A stretch of DNA of 43,161 nt, from assembly GCA_963607915.1 (NCBI GenBank), contig CAVDEO010000005.1:1-43161 (forward strand), in the 5' to 3' direction. How positions within the stretch are numbered: position 1 is the stretch's first letter; every line of letters starts with the position of its first letter. Of the stretch, positions 1 through 9,630 are shown piece after piece. The position numbers were made by a program, and so were the translations under genes. The notes under the pieces were generated by a model that made no database searches, was not told the DNA's origin, and saw only the letters and a program-made list of their open reading frames with translations. Source of the DNA: a bacterium. Lineage in GTDB: Bacteria; Bacteroidota; Bacteroidia; Bacteroidales; UBA932.

Positions 1-87
1 GTACTGGAGGTACATGACCGATGAGAAAAGACATATAGACCAAAAAGACACACAAAGATTACCAAGTTATTTTTTAAGGATTACTTA
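1..87. mobile_element. Partial copy of a ~160-bp MITE-like dispersed repeat (cut by the window start)
   Basis: 85/87 nt identical to the reverse complement of 4104-4190; ends in terminal repeat TTATTTTTTAAGGATTACT. Confidence 0.7.
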
Positions 88-118
88 GTGTCTTTATATG
101 CCGCCTGCGGACAGGTTA

Positions 119-661
119 TCAGTCTTCAAGTACATATATGTCTTTGAGATTGCGGCCAATCTCGTTGTAGTCGAGTCCGAAACCGAGTATGAAGCGGTTC
201 GGAATCTCTCTGCCGACATAGTCTATCGGATCTCCCGTGCGGTAGGCCTCCCTCTTGAACAGCATGGTGCAGACCCTGACCTCCGCCGCGCCCTCTTCAA
301 GAAGGATTTTCTTCATCGCCTTGATTGTCAGACCGGTGTCGATGATGTCCTCGGTGATGATCACCCTGCGTCCCTTCACCGATGCGGTGAGCGGCATAGT
401 CTGCTTAACTTCTCCGGTCGTGGAGGTTCCGACATATGAAGTCATCTTTGTGGAGACCAGCTGGCAGGGGAAATTCAGCCGCTGCATCAGCTCTCCGGTG
501 AACATGATGGCTCCGTTCAGAATGCAGAGAATTACCGGGATGTCCGTAGCTCCCTCAAAGTCAGTGTTGATTTTTTCGGCGACGTTGTCAATGCAGCCCA
601 TCAGTTCATCGTGACCGATGAATGGGACGAAAGTCTTGTCCCAAACCTTAACCTCTCTCAT
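119..661 (-). CDS. hpt: Hypoxanthine phosphoribosyltransferase
   Basis: ILNGA motif, PRPP-binding VIITEDIIDTGLT, FILGFGLDY; ATG at 661 preferred over the ORF-track start at 676. Confidence 0.93.
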   Translation of the reverse strand: MREVKVWDKTFVPFIGHDELMGCIDNVAEKINTDFEGATDIPVILCILNGAIMFTGELMQRLNFPCQLVSTKMTSYVGTSTTGEVKQTMPLTASVKGRRVIITEDIIDTGLTIKAMKKILLEEGAAEVRVCTMLFKREAYRTGDPIDYVGREIPNRFILGFGLDYNEIGRNLKDIYVLED

Positions 662-794
662 AGATTTCAGAAACAAACCACAAAAATAGTCAATAACATC
701 AAAAAAAGAAAAAATTCAAATCTTTATTTTGAAATACAACGCTTTTGCGGATGTCAATCCCTAACATTGTGCACCGGATGTCCGGGATGAGAAC

Positions 795-2594
795 ATGATG
801 ACGGGTAATGTGTTTATGACATTGATTGAGGCGGTTGCGCTGATTGTCGGAGCCCTTTCTCCGGAAGAGGTGACGGAATCCGAGCGTGAGAGGTTTCTGT
901 GGAGGAACGCCCATCCTCTGGACATCAATTCCGCATCGCGCAGGACATTGTCCGAAAGCGGGCTTTTCTCTGATTTCCAGATTGTCTCGCTGCTGGACTA
1001 TATCTCCACAGCCGGAGCCGTGCTCAGCCGCAGCGAACTTGCCCTGATTGACGGTTTCGACGCTGAAATTGCGGAGGCGTTGTCCTTTTTCGTGTCATTC
1101 GGGAACGCGCCGCCTCCGGAGAGATGGTCGTCCGAAAACAGGATTTATGCCGACACCGGACTTTATGGGCTTCATTCGCAGATTTCGAGGGGCGAGTCAT
1201 TTGAATTCTCGCTGGGCGGAGCCGGAACATGGGCCGGAAAGCTTGATGCGATGTCGTCTTCGGCAGCCGTGACGCTTCCCGGCCGGAAGTCACGGCTCTA
1301 TGCCGGCGACTTCAACCTGAGGTTCGGGCAGGGGCTTTCAGCGTGGAACACCATGACCATCGACGACCCGTCGTCGGCCGCCTCGCTGATACGCCGTCCC
1401 ACGGGCTTGAAGCTGTCGCGCTCGCTGACCGGAAAATACGCACAGACCGGACTCGGATGCAGTTTTGACACCGGCCCGCTCACATTTACCGTCGCCGGCA
1501 CTGTCCCCGGGCTGAAAAAGGTGCTGACGGGGGTGGTCAATTCCTCGCGGGGGAAGAATGATGTGGCGGGGCTTCAGGGGCTGTTCAACTGCAACTGGTG
1601 GCACAGACGCTTTTCGCTCGGGTTCACTTCCGTGGTGACGGGGCTCCCGTCCGCCGCCGGCACCGTTGGCGGCGCGGATGCCGGAACCGTCTCCGGAGAG
1701 GGCGATGGGGCTGACGCCGGGACTGTCTCAGGAGATGGGGCGGATGCCGGACAGAATGGCGGCGCGTTCTGGAACTGTACCGCGGACTTCTCCGTGGATT
1801 TCAGAGGGTGTTTCGGGGGCTTCGACATCGCCTCGGAACTTGCGGGAGGCATAGGCCTGCCGTTCCGTGCCGTCGTGTCCGCCACCTCGCCTCGACTTGC
1901 CGAACATTTCAAAGTCGGGACTTCGCTGCGTTACAGTCCTTCCCGGCACATCGCCCTGCTCGTCGCTGAGTTCTCCTCACGCGGCGGCCATTCGGCCTCC
2001 CTGTCCTTCCGCCTGCGACACACCGCATCGGAAGGCTCATCAGGCTCCTCCTCAGACATCTCCGGCGGAAAACTGCCCGGAACGAACGACGTCAGGGTGG
2101 ATTTCCGCTACAAATTCCGCTGGAATGAAGCTTCTTATGCCGCACTGCGTGTCCGTGAAACACTTGACATCAACAAACCGGAATCAGGCGTGTTCACCTG
2201 CCGGGGTGACGTGTCTGCGGGTTATGCCGGCATCTGGGCGAGCGCGGCATCCGTGAGTTTCAGCCACAGCGGGAAATGGGGGATGGTGGTCTTTGTCGAG
2301 GAGAGCTGTCGGGCGACGGGGAAACTTTCGGCCTGTCTCCGGGCCGGAATCTTCAGTGTTGACGATTGGGCAGGCAGGCTCTATGTCTATGAACACGACA
2401 TACCCGGACGGTTCAATGTTCCGGCGATGTACGGAAGGGGAGTCTGGGGTTCTCTTTTCATAAACTGGAAATTCTGCCGCAAGGGCAGCCTCTCGACCCG
2501 TCTCGCCTACAAGTCCTATCCTTTCATGCCTTCCGCAACACGCAAGCCCGACAGGCTCGAAGCCCGGATATTCCTGTCTTTCAGGATTCCCTGA
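795..2594 (+). CDS. Bacteroidetes helix-hairpin-helix (ComEA-like) domain outer-membrane protein
   Basis: N-terminal PLDINSAS...L.LIDGF HhH-like segment, GDFNLRFGQGL motif, beta-strand-rich C-terminus with YVYEHDIP...PAMYGRG; start uncertain. Confidence 0.7.
   Translation: MMTGNVFMTLIEAVALIVGALSPEEVTESERERFLWRNAHPLDINSASRRTLSESGLFSDFQIVSLLDYISTAGAVLSRSELALIDGFDAEIAEALSFFVSFGNAPPPERWSSENRIYADTGLYGLHSQISRGESFEFSLGGAGTWAGKLDAMSSSAAVTLPGRKSRLYAGDFNLRFGQGLSAWNTMTIDDPSSAASLIRRPTGLKLSRSLTGKYAQTGLGCSFDTGPLTFTVAGTVPGLKKVLTGVVNSSRGKNDVAGLQGLFNCNWWHRRFSLGFTSVVTGLPSAAGTVGGADAGTVSGEGDGADAGTVSGDGADAGQNGGAFWNCTADFSVDFRGCFGGFDIASELAGGIGLPFRAVVSATSPRLAEHFKVGTSLRYSPSRHIALLVAEFSSRGGHSASLSFRLRHTASEGSSGSSSDISGGKLPGTNDVRVDFRYKFRWNEASYAALRVRETLDINKPESGVFTCRGDVSAGYAGIWASAASVSFSHSGKWGMVVFVEESCRATGKLSACLRAGIFSVDDWAGRLYVYEHDIPGRFNVPAMYGRGVWGSLFINWKFCRKGSLSTRLAYKSYPFMPSATRKPDRLEARIFLSFRIP
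1655..1751 (+). repeat. In-frame degenerate tandem repeat encoding (GADAGTVSG)-like units
   Basis: Protein reads AGTVGGADAGTVSGEGDGADAGTVSGDGADAG. Confidence 0.7.
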
Positions 2595-2603
2595 GATTCA
2601 GAT

Positions 2604-2766
2604 TCAACGTCCGCCGCGATAGAGATAAAGGCGCTTGAGCGCCGTGCGGAGAACAGCGAAGCGCGGGCACTGTGTGATAGTGCGCACGGAGCACGACTTC
2701 CCCTGATTACAGGGGACGGGAGGGGTTATCGAGGCGGGATTATCTCCCGCCTCGATAGAGATATAA
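2604..2766 (-). other. Duplicated, synonymously recoded mltD 3' end flanking a ~110-bp insert (att-like scar)
   Basis: LYLYRGGR* encoded twice on the minus strand (2766-2740 and 2630-2604), 136 bp apart, shared core TATCTCTATCG; 13-bp perfect inverted repeat at 2727-2739 and 2745-2757. Confidence 0.65.
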
Positions 2767-4077
2767 TGTTTGTCCTTCACGGATGGTGGTGCCCTTGAGA
2801 TGATTCCACTTCTGAATCTGGCTGACGCTGCAATTGTACCTTGCGGCAATCTTGCCGAGATAGTCGCCTTTCTTCACTTTGTAGGCAATCCGCTGTCCGT
2901 CTCCGCCATCCTTTATCTTCTTGATTGTCACCGGATTCAGCAGCGTGTCCGCCTTGTGCAGATGCACGAGCTTCTCCACCGCGAGGAAGCTGCCCGTGTA
3001 GTCGGCCGGAAGACGCAGAATCCAGGTCTCAGCGGCGCTTCCCGGGATGATGTCGTGGGTATATTGCGGGTTCAGCACTTTGAGGACATCCATCGGGACT
3101 CCGGTGAGCTCGCTCACCTGCCTGAAATGCAGCATCCTGTTCACATGGAATGTGTCAATCTGGGTCGGGATGTCCACTTCCTCCGGGGTGATTCCGCATT
3201 CCCTGTAATAGTTCAGCGCATAGAGCGCCCCTGTGAACGCCGGCACATAGCCTCTCGTCTCGCGGGGGAGGTAGTGGTATATGTCCCAGAAATCAGTCTT
3301 GCCGGAGCGCTTTATCGCCTTGTTCACATTTCCCGGGCCGCAGTTGTAGGACGCGATGGCGAGCGACCAGTCCCCGAAAATCTCATAGGAATCCTTGAGA
3401 TACCTCGCCGCCGCATCGGCCGCCTTCACCGGGTCGAGCCGCTCATCGACGAATGAATTGATTGTCAGACCGTATTTCTTCGCGGTGTAGTACATGAACT
3501 GCCAGATGCCCCGCGCACCGACCCTTGACATAGCGTCATACTTCATCATGGATTCGATTACGGCCATCGCGCGGAGTTCTTCCGGAATGTCGTAACGGTT
3601 GAAGGTCGCCTGAAAAATGGGGAAATAATAATTGCCGAGTCCGATGACCCGTCCCATCTGCTGTGGCATCTTCTCGGAGTAGAGGATTATGTAGTTCTTG
3701 ACTATGTCGTTGTATGTCAATGGAATGAATGACTGGATGTCGCCGAGTCTCTTCACAAGGACAGAGTCGGGCACCTGCGAAGTGTAGCGCACGGTCGCGG
3801 TGTCGAGGTCGTCGAGGACGGCAAATTCCATCTGACGGTTCTTCCCGTAAAACGCGAGCAGCAGACTGTCAATCGTGTGCTGCGCCTGCAGGCTGTCGGC
3901 ACGGAGGACATTCTCGATGCTGTCTTCCTTCTCGAGGCGTTTCAGACTGTCGGACGGCTGCCCGCTCCCGGCCTCGTCCACAATTTCGTCCGTGTCAAAA
4001 TACTGTGCGCGGGCTTCCTGCCCGAAAAAAAGCGCTGCGGCGCACACCGCAGCCATGAATATATATACCTTTTTCAT
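2740..4077 (-). CDS. mltD: Membrane-bound lytic murein transglycosylase D (SLT + LysM)
   Basis: AVIES catalytic Glu, GARGIWQFM, ASYNCGPG, LPRETRGYVP, C-terminal LysM YKVKKGDYLGKIA; signal peptide starts at ATG 4077. Confidence 0.9.
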   Translation of the reverse strand: MKKVYIFMAAVCAAALFFGQEARAQYFDTDEIVDEAGSGQPSDSLKRLEKEDSIENVLRADSLQAQHTIDSLLLAFYGKNRQMEFAVLDDLDTATVRYTSQVPDSVLVKRLGDIQSFIPLTYNDIVKNYIILYSEKMPQQMGRVIGLGNYYFPIFQATFNRYDIPEELRAMAVIESMMKYDAMSRVGARGIWQFMYYTAKKYGLTINSFVDERLDPVKAADAAARYLKDSYEIFGDWSLAIASYNCGPGNVNKAIKRSGKTDFWDIYHYLPRETRGYVPAFTGALYALNYYRECGITPEEVDIPTQIDTFHVNRMLHFRQVSELTGVPMDVLKVLNPQYTHDIIPGSAAETWILRLPADYTGSFLAVEKLVHLHKADTLLNPVTIKKIKDGGDGQRIAYKVKKGDYLGKIAARYNCSVSQIQKWNHLKGTTIREGQTLYLYRGGR

Positions 4078-4103
4078 CTGTTTTCCAAAATCAGCCTCAC
4101 TCA

Positions 4104-4266
4104 TAAGTAATCCTTAAAAAATAACTTGATAATCTTTGTGTGTCTTTTTGGTCTATATCTCTTTTCTCATCGGTCATGTACCTCCAGTACACTCCCTCTT
4201 CCAAAAGAAATCTATCCTCAAAAATCCTTCACAAATCTCCACCAATTTATTTTTTAACGCTTACTA
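4104..4266. mobile_element. Full-length MITE-like element
   Basis: Imperfect terminal inverted repeats AGTAATCCTTAAAAAATAA / TTATTTTTTAACGCTTACT, AT-rich, non-coding; further copies at 1-87 and 42209-42253. Confidence 0.7.
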
Positions 4267-4293
4267 AATCCGACACAAATCCATGCCGACTTA

Positions 4294-5217
4294 CTAAAAC
4301 CTGAATCCCAGCTTCATCCCCACGGCACTTGCCGGCGTGCGCATGGCGTAGGCGTTGTCCGGTGCAAGCACGGCAGGTTCGACGCTCATTGTGATGTCAT
4401 CGCTCACCTCGAAGTCGTACATGAACGCGAACACGTTGGCATCGATTATCTGGAGCACATACACAAGTGCCGTCGCCAGAATGGAGTAGTCACGCAGCCG
4501 CCGGTAGGAGTCGCGGTAGTACTTCGCCTGATCTGCGGTAATCGGCCCCGTGTAGGTGGTCTCCGTGCTGGTCGCCTCTTTGTATATGTTCTTGAACCTG
4601 TTGTAGTTGAGATTGTTGTTCCACACGAAATATCCGGCAGTCATAAGCCCCGTGTAATAGACGGGTATTTTCCAGTACTCGCCGTTGTAGGCCTGACCGA
4701 GTCCAGGGAGCAGAGCCGAGTAGATGGCGGCACGTCCTGGATTAGGCTTTCCGTTGGAAGGATAGAAAGCCGTCGCGTCAAGCAGCGAACCCCAATAGAC
4801 CAGTCCCGCTCCGACATAGAGCCAGGTGGCTGTGGTCTTGTAGGATTCGTTCGGCGCACCGGCTTCGACCGACTTCTTGTATTGCCCCGTATAGTATCCT
4901 CCCACGCCTGCGCAGGCGGCGATTCCGCCATAGACTATCGGCAGTTTCCAATAGTCGCGGTTGTAAATCTGGCCGCTTCCCGGGAGAATGGCCGCCCCGC
5001 CGAAAACTGTTCCGATTTTGATTTCCTGCTTGTGCCCGAGTCCCCGGAACAGTTCCTTGAAAGAGAACAGCTTGTCTGTGGAGTCCGACTTCTCCGTCAT
5101 CGTGGAGTCGTTGTAGTTCTGCTGAAACGCCTGACTCTTGAACTGGGCGCGCGCATTGACTCCGCACAGGCATAGACCGGCCAGAAGAACGAATATGAAA
5201 ACGCGGGCGCGTCCCAT
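4294..5217 (-). CDS. DUF5683 domain protein (two repeats)
   Basis: Twice (A/S)x[IL]LPGxGQxYNxxYWK[LI]P; usual Bacteroidetes position between parB and mltD. Confidence 0.8.
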   Translation of the reverse strand: MGRARVFIFVLLAGLCLCGVNARAQFKSQAFQQNYNDSTMTEKSDSTDKLFSFKELFRGLGHKQEIKIGTVFGGAAILPGSGQIYNRDYWKLPIVYGGIAACAGVGGYYTGQYKKSVEAGAPNESYKTTATWLYVGAGLVYWGSLLDATAFYPSNGKPNPGRAAIYSALLPGLGQAYNGEYWKIPVYYTGLMTAGYFVWNNNLNYNRFKNIYKEATSTETTYTGPITADQAKYYRDSYRRLRDYSILATALVYVLQIIDANVFAFMYDFEVSDDITMSVEPAVLAPDNAYAMRTPASAVGMKLGFRF

Positions 5218-5227
5218 CCGTAAATTC

Positions 5228-6178
5228 CTAAAGATTAGACTTTTCGAGGGCGTCGATGAATTTCTTCACCTCCCCGTCCGACGAGAAATGAATCGTAATC
5301 GTGCCTTTTCCCGAACTTGAACGCTTGAGGCTTATGCTGTTGTCGAAATATTTTCCGAAGACTTCGAGAACCTTGAAATATTCGTCCGGAAGTTCCTGCG
5401 CGTCGCCTCCGTTGTCTCCGCCGGCTTTTCCGCTCTCTTTCTCAAGGCGGTGAATCTTGTCCTCAAGCTGACGCACAGAAAGCCCGTCTTTCACGACAAG
5501 GTCGCAGAGAACTTCCTGCACCTCAGGGTCTTCCACTCCGAGGAGAACCTTTGCATGCCCCACGCTGACCTGTCCCACCTTGAGGTCGTGCTGCACCTTT
5601 GCCGGCAGTTTCAGAAGACGCAGGTAGTTGGTGACGGACGCCCTCTTCTTGCCGACCCTCCGGGCCATCTGTTCCTGGGTGAGGTTGCATTCGTCAATCA
5701 GACGCTGGTAGCTCATCGCCACCTCAATCGGGTCGAGATTCTCCCGCTGGATGTTCTCAACTATGGCCATCTCCAGCATCCCCTGATCGTCCGCGTTGCG
5801 GATGTAGGCCGGAACCATATCCATTCCCGCGAGTCGGCAGGCCCTGAAGCGGCGTTCTCCGCTGATAATCTGGTAGATGTCCGCAGATTTTTTCCGCACC
5901 GTAATCGGCTGTATGAGTCCGAGCGTCCGGATGGATTCCGCCAGTTCTCCGAGCGCCTCCTGATCGAAGGTCATTCGCGGCTGGAACGGGTTCGGCTCAA
6001 TCATGTCAATCGGAATCATGAGTATGTCCGCCGAGCTGCGCGGCTGTTCCGCCGCTCCGGCGCCCACCACGACCTTGTTGACATATCCCACCGGCTTGCG
6101 TATGTTTTCCAGATTCGTCGCTTCGCCGAGCAATGCGCCGAGTCCCTTCCCGAGTCCTCTCTGCGTTTTCGCTGCCAT
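5228..6178 (-). CDS. parB: Chromosome partitioning protein ParB/Spo0J
   Basis: GLGKGLGAL, PNPFQPR, GERRFRA, ENIQRENL, HTH; ATG 6178 preferred. Confidence 0.95.
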   Translation of the reverse strand: MAAKTQRGLGKGLGALLGEATNLENIRKPVGYVNKVVVGAGAAEQPRSSADILMIPIDMIEPNPFQPRMTFDQEALGELAESIRTLGLIQPITVRKKSADIYQIISGERRFRACRLAGMDMVPAYIRNADDQGMLEMAIVENIQRENLDPIEVAMSYQRLIDECNLTQEQMARRVGKKRASVTNYLRLLKLPAKVQHDLKVGQVSVGHAKVLLGVEDPEVQEVLCDLVVKDGLSVRQLEDKIHRLEKESGKAGGDNGGDAQELPDEYFKVLEVFGKYFDNSISLKRSSSGKGTITIHFSSDGEVKKFIDALEKSNL

Positions 6179-6252
6179 ATATCGTCTTTTTTCTGTAATA
6201 GTCAAAAATAAATCACTCACTCGTCAGCCCTTTCCCTCGCGGCTCAGGCTTT

Positions 6253-7047
6253 TTATGCGTCCGCCGGCTTTGTCACGGCGTCGGCGTTGCGTTCGAGCAC
6301 CTCTTTCGCGAGGTTCAGGTAGTTCGTGGTCCCGTTGCAGATGACGTCGTAAAGTATGATAGGCTTGCCGTGAGACGGAGCCTCGCTGAGCCGTATATTT
6401 CTCTGTATTATGGTGTTGAACACCATGTCCTTAAAATGGTCCTTGAGTTCCTGCACCACCTGGTTGTGGACCTTGGTTCTTCCATCGTACATGGTCACCA
6501 CGAAACCCTCGATGGTCAGAGACGGGTTCACTCCGCCCTGGACGAGGCGTATGGTCTGCAGCAGCTTGCCCAACCCCTCCAGCGCGAAGAACTCCGGCTG
6601 GACCGGAATCATCACCGAGTCGGCCGCCGTGAGGCAGTTCACGGTAATCAGCCCGAGGGAAGGCGAGCAGTCTATTATTATGTAGTCATAATTGTCGCGT
6701 ACCGGAGCGAGCGCCCTCTTGAGTATGGACTCCCTCTCGTCAGTCCCGAGCATCTCGATTTCCGCGCCGACGAGGTTTATGTTCGACGGAATCATCTGAA
6801 GTCTCGCTATCTCCGTCTGTATCAGCACGTCCTCGACCGTCCTTTCTCCAATCATCAGCTCATAGAGTGTCCTTTTCTCCTCGTTTTCAGGCGAGAAGTT
6901 GAGTCCCGACGTCGTGTTGGCCTGAGGGTCGGCATCTATGATGAGGACATTCTTCTCAAGCACGGCAAGCGAGGCCGCAAGGTTGATGGCGGTCGTGGTC
7001 TTGCCCACTCCGCCCTTCTGGTTCGCGATGGCTATGACTTTTCCCAT
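6253..7047 (-). CDS. parA: ParA/Soj ATPase
   Basis: NQKGGVGKTTT deviant Walker A, IDADPQAN, DCSPSLG, RLSEAPSHG; ATG 7047 preferred. Confidence 0.95.
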   Translation of the reverse strand: MGKVIAIANQKGGVGKTTTAINLAASLAVLEKNVLIIDADPQANTTSGLNFSPENEEKRTLYELMIGERTVEDVLIQTEIARLQMIPSNINLVGAEIEMLGTDERESILKRALAPVRDNYDYIIIDCSPSLGLITVNCLTAADSVMIPVQPEFFALEGLGKLLQTIRLVQGGVNPSLTIEGFVVTMYDGRTKVHNQVVQELKDHFKDMVFNTIIQRNIRLSEAPSHGKPIILYDVICNGTTNYLNLAKEVLERNADAVTKPADA

Positions 7048-7192
7048 TTTTGCACTAAGATGCGGCAGCCGCCTTTCCGACATCGGTCAGGGATGACGCA
7101 CATTCCGCAAAAATACGAAATAATTTTCATTCCTTTCCTTTATTTGTTACATTTGTCGTCCATTTTGAGAATCATTCCGGAAAACACTTTCA

Positions 7193-8203
7193 ATGTCAGC
7201 GACTGATAAAATATGGTATGCCGTCGTGAATCCGAATGCGGGTTCCGGGAAAACCGTCACCGAATGGCCGAAGGCCGAGACTGCCTTGAAGGAGGCCAGA
7301 GTGGAATATGAATACCGGACGACATGGAGCTGCGGGGCGGCCACCGAAATCACCGTCAAGGCGTGTGAAGAGGGATACAGGCGTTTCCTCGCGGTCGGCG
7401 GGGACGGCACCGTGCACGAAGTTCTCGAGGGCATAGTCCGCTTCATCGGAATGTCGGAGGTCGCGGCGGCCTTTGAGCCGGCGAGGACTGCGCCCTCGCT
7501 GTCGGATTTCACGCTCGCGGTGGTTCCGGTAGGCTCGGGCAATGACTGGATACGCACTCTCGGCGCTCCGAGGGATTCCCGGGCGCTGGTGGAACTGCTC
7601 AAGAAGGAGTCTTTCGGGAAGCAGGATGTGTTCCGCATCACAGGGTGTGACAGGGAGACTTCGACGGATGTGGTCTCCTGTATGGCGAACATCGGCGGCG
7701 TCGGTTTTGACGCGAATGTGTGCCGGCAGGTGAATTTTGAAAAGAATTCCGGCAAGAGCGGCAAGATTCTCTATCTCAAGGTCTTGATTTCCAATGTGCT
7801 GCACTGCAGGCCGTTCCGTTGCCGCGTGGTTGCGGACGGGAAAACCGTCTTTGAAGGCAGTGCGCTGTCAATCGCGATGGGTATAGGGAAATATTCCGGC
7901 GGGGGGATGATGCAGGTCCCGGACGCGGTCATGGACGACGGCCTGCTCGATGTGACGGTCATCCCCGTTCTTTCGATTCTGAAGATTATCCGCGCCGTCC
8001 CGACCCTCTTCTCCGGAAAGGTTCTGTCCGCAAACCCGGAACTGACCTCCGTCCGCTGCTCCTCCCTCAGCATCGAGCCTCTCGCGGGCCCTGGAGTCCT
8101 CGTGGAAGTCGACGGCGAGGTCATCGGCAGCACCCCGATCTCAGTCACCCGTCTCCCCGGCCAGCTCAATGTCCTCGTCGGCGCGGCGCAGCATAACCCC
8201 TAA
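7193..8203 (+). CDS. Diacylglycerol/lipid kinase family protein (YegS/BmrU-like)
   Basis: VNPNAGSG, AVGGDGTVHEV, PVGSGND, DDGLLDV, VDGE motifs. Confidence 0.9.
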   Translation: MSATDKIWYAVVNPNAGSGKTVTEWPKAETALKEARVEYEYRTTWSCGAATEITVKACEEGYRRFLAVGGDGTVHEVLEGIVRFIGMSEVAAAFEPARTAPSLSDFTLAVVPVGSGNDWIRTLGAPRDSRALVELLKKESFGKQDVFRITGCDRETSTDVVSCMANIGGVGFDANVCRQVNFEKNSGKSGKILYLKVLISNVLHCRPFRCRVVADGKTVFEGSALSIAMGIGKYSGGGMMQVPDAVMDDGLLDVTVIPVLSILKIIRAVPTLFSGKVLSANPELTSVRCSSLSIEPLAGPGVLVEVDGEVIGSTPISVTRLPGQLNVLVGAAQHNP

Positions 8204-8217
8204 TCACCCAACTGACA

Positions 8218-9630
8218 ATGCCGCCGCTCCCATATAACGAAAAGGATATAATCTCTATATTCGATTATAGCAAGCATTTGATTAATAAATGTTTGCGCGA
8301 TTTTGCGCCGGAGGCGGAAGAATATGCCGGAAAGGGAGGGCTCGGACAGCTTGTCGAGGAACTTTATTTCCGCTATGATGTGAACAGCCGCCAGAATGCC
8401 GACTTCGCTTTTGTGAATGTGGAGCTGAAGTGCACACCGCTGAAAGAATCGGCAACGGGGGAATTTCTCGTGAAGGAACGGCTTGTGTGCAGTATGATAA
8501 ACTATTCGGAGGATTGGGACAAGTCCTTTGAGGAATCGCATTTTTATCGGAAATGTCTCGTAATGCTGATTCTGTTCTATCTGCACCGCAAGGATGTTCC
8601 GAGACTTGACCTTGAATTCCTTTTTGCCGTCCTGTGGAAAATCCCGGAAAAGGATTTGCTGATTATCAGGCGGGATTATGAAACAATAATCGCGAAGATA
8701 CAGTCCGGTCAGGCTCACATGTTGTCGGAAGGCGACACGATGTATCTGGGGGCTTGCAGAAAGGGGCAGAAAGGAGACTCGCTGATGGCTCAGCACAACA
8801 GTCCTGTCGGCGCACTGCGCAGGGCGTGGTGTCTCAAGACAGCGTATATGCGGATTTTGTTGGATGAAGTGAAGAAAAACAGCAGGAACGGTGCATACTG
8901 TAATTTCGATGTCCGTAAATCCGGTTTTGAGCAGTTGTTCACCGTTGATGAGCTTAGGGACAGAACAGTCGATTCCATACTTGTTGACCGTTTCGCTCCG
9001 TATTATGGGAAAACATACAGCGAGATGTGCGTAATGCTCGGAATAAACCCGCTTCTTTCAAAATCCAAATATTTCATCCTCGCCAACCGGATAGCGGGAA
9101 ATGCGTCGGTGAGCAATGTCAACAGAAGCGAGGAATTCAAAAAGTCCGGGCTGACCATGAAGACTGTCCGCGTTGGGCGCTCAGGTGCTGTGAAAGAGAG
9201 CATGTCCTTTGAAAATATTGATTATCAAGAGATTTATGATTGCGTGGAATGGACGGATTCGAGACTTTACGAATTGTTCACGAGTCGTTTCCTTTTTGTC
9301 ATATATCGTGAGACCGGCTCATTCCTGACTCTCCCGGACGGGAAGCTTGAACCGGAATACGGGCTTGAAAGAGTCGCGTTCTGGACAATGCCGCAGGATG
9401 ACCTTGAAACAGCGCGTGAATATTGGGAGAATATCAGAAAATGCGTGAAGGACAATTGTATAGACTTGAAGCATTTTTGGAGCATCGGAGATGACAGATG
9501 CTTTCATGTGCGTCCTAAAGCCCGTGTCGCAGATGATATGACCTTGAACCCGAATGGAGGAAGGGTGAAGAAATACTGTTATTGGTTCAATGCCGCTTAT
9601 ATAAGAAATATAATTGAAAATGAGATATAG
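8218..9630 (+). CDS. Sau3AI/MutH-family type II restriction endonuclease
   Basis: KGGLGQLVEE...ADF...VELKCTPL, MLSEGDTMYLGACRKG, second degenerate domain ending HVRPKA...YWFNAAYI; overlaps the C5-MTase gene. Confidence 0.88.
   Translation: MPPLPYNEKDIISIFDYSKHLINKCLRDFAPEAEEYAGKGGLGQLVEELYFRYDVNSRQNADFAFVNVELKCTPLKESATGEFLVKERLVCSMINYSEDWDKSFEESHFYRKCLVMLILFYLHRKDVPRLDLEFLFAVLWKIPEKDLLIIRRDYETIIAKIQSGQAHMLSEGDTMYLGACRKGQKGDSLMAQHNSPVGALRRAWCLKTAYMRILLDEVKKNSRNGAYCNFDVRKSGFEQLFTVDELRDRTVDSILVDRFAPYYGKTYSEMCVMLGINPLLSKSKYFILANRIAGNASVSNVNRSEEFKKSGLTMKTVRVGRSGAVKESMSFENIDYQEIYDCVEWTDSRLYELFTSRFLFVIYRETGSFLTLPDGKLEPEYGLERVAFWTMPQDDLETAREYWENIRKCVKDNCIDLKHFWSIGDDRCFHVRPKARVADDMTLNPNGGRVKKYCYWFNAAYIRNIIENEI

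Noticed and set aside
2604..2849. 81-aa ORF ending LYLYRGGR as an independent gene
   Set aside because: Out-of-frame overlap with mltD; only the last 8 codons are meaningful (duplicated end)
5228..7047. Plasmid or ICE partition system
   Set aside because: Standard chromosomal parA-parB-DUF5683-mltD arrangement
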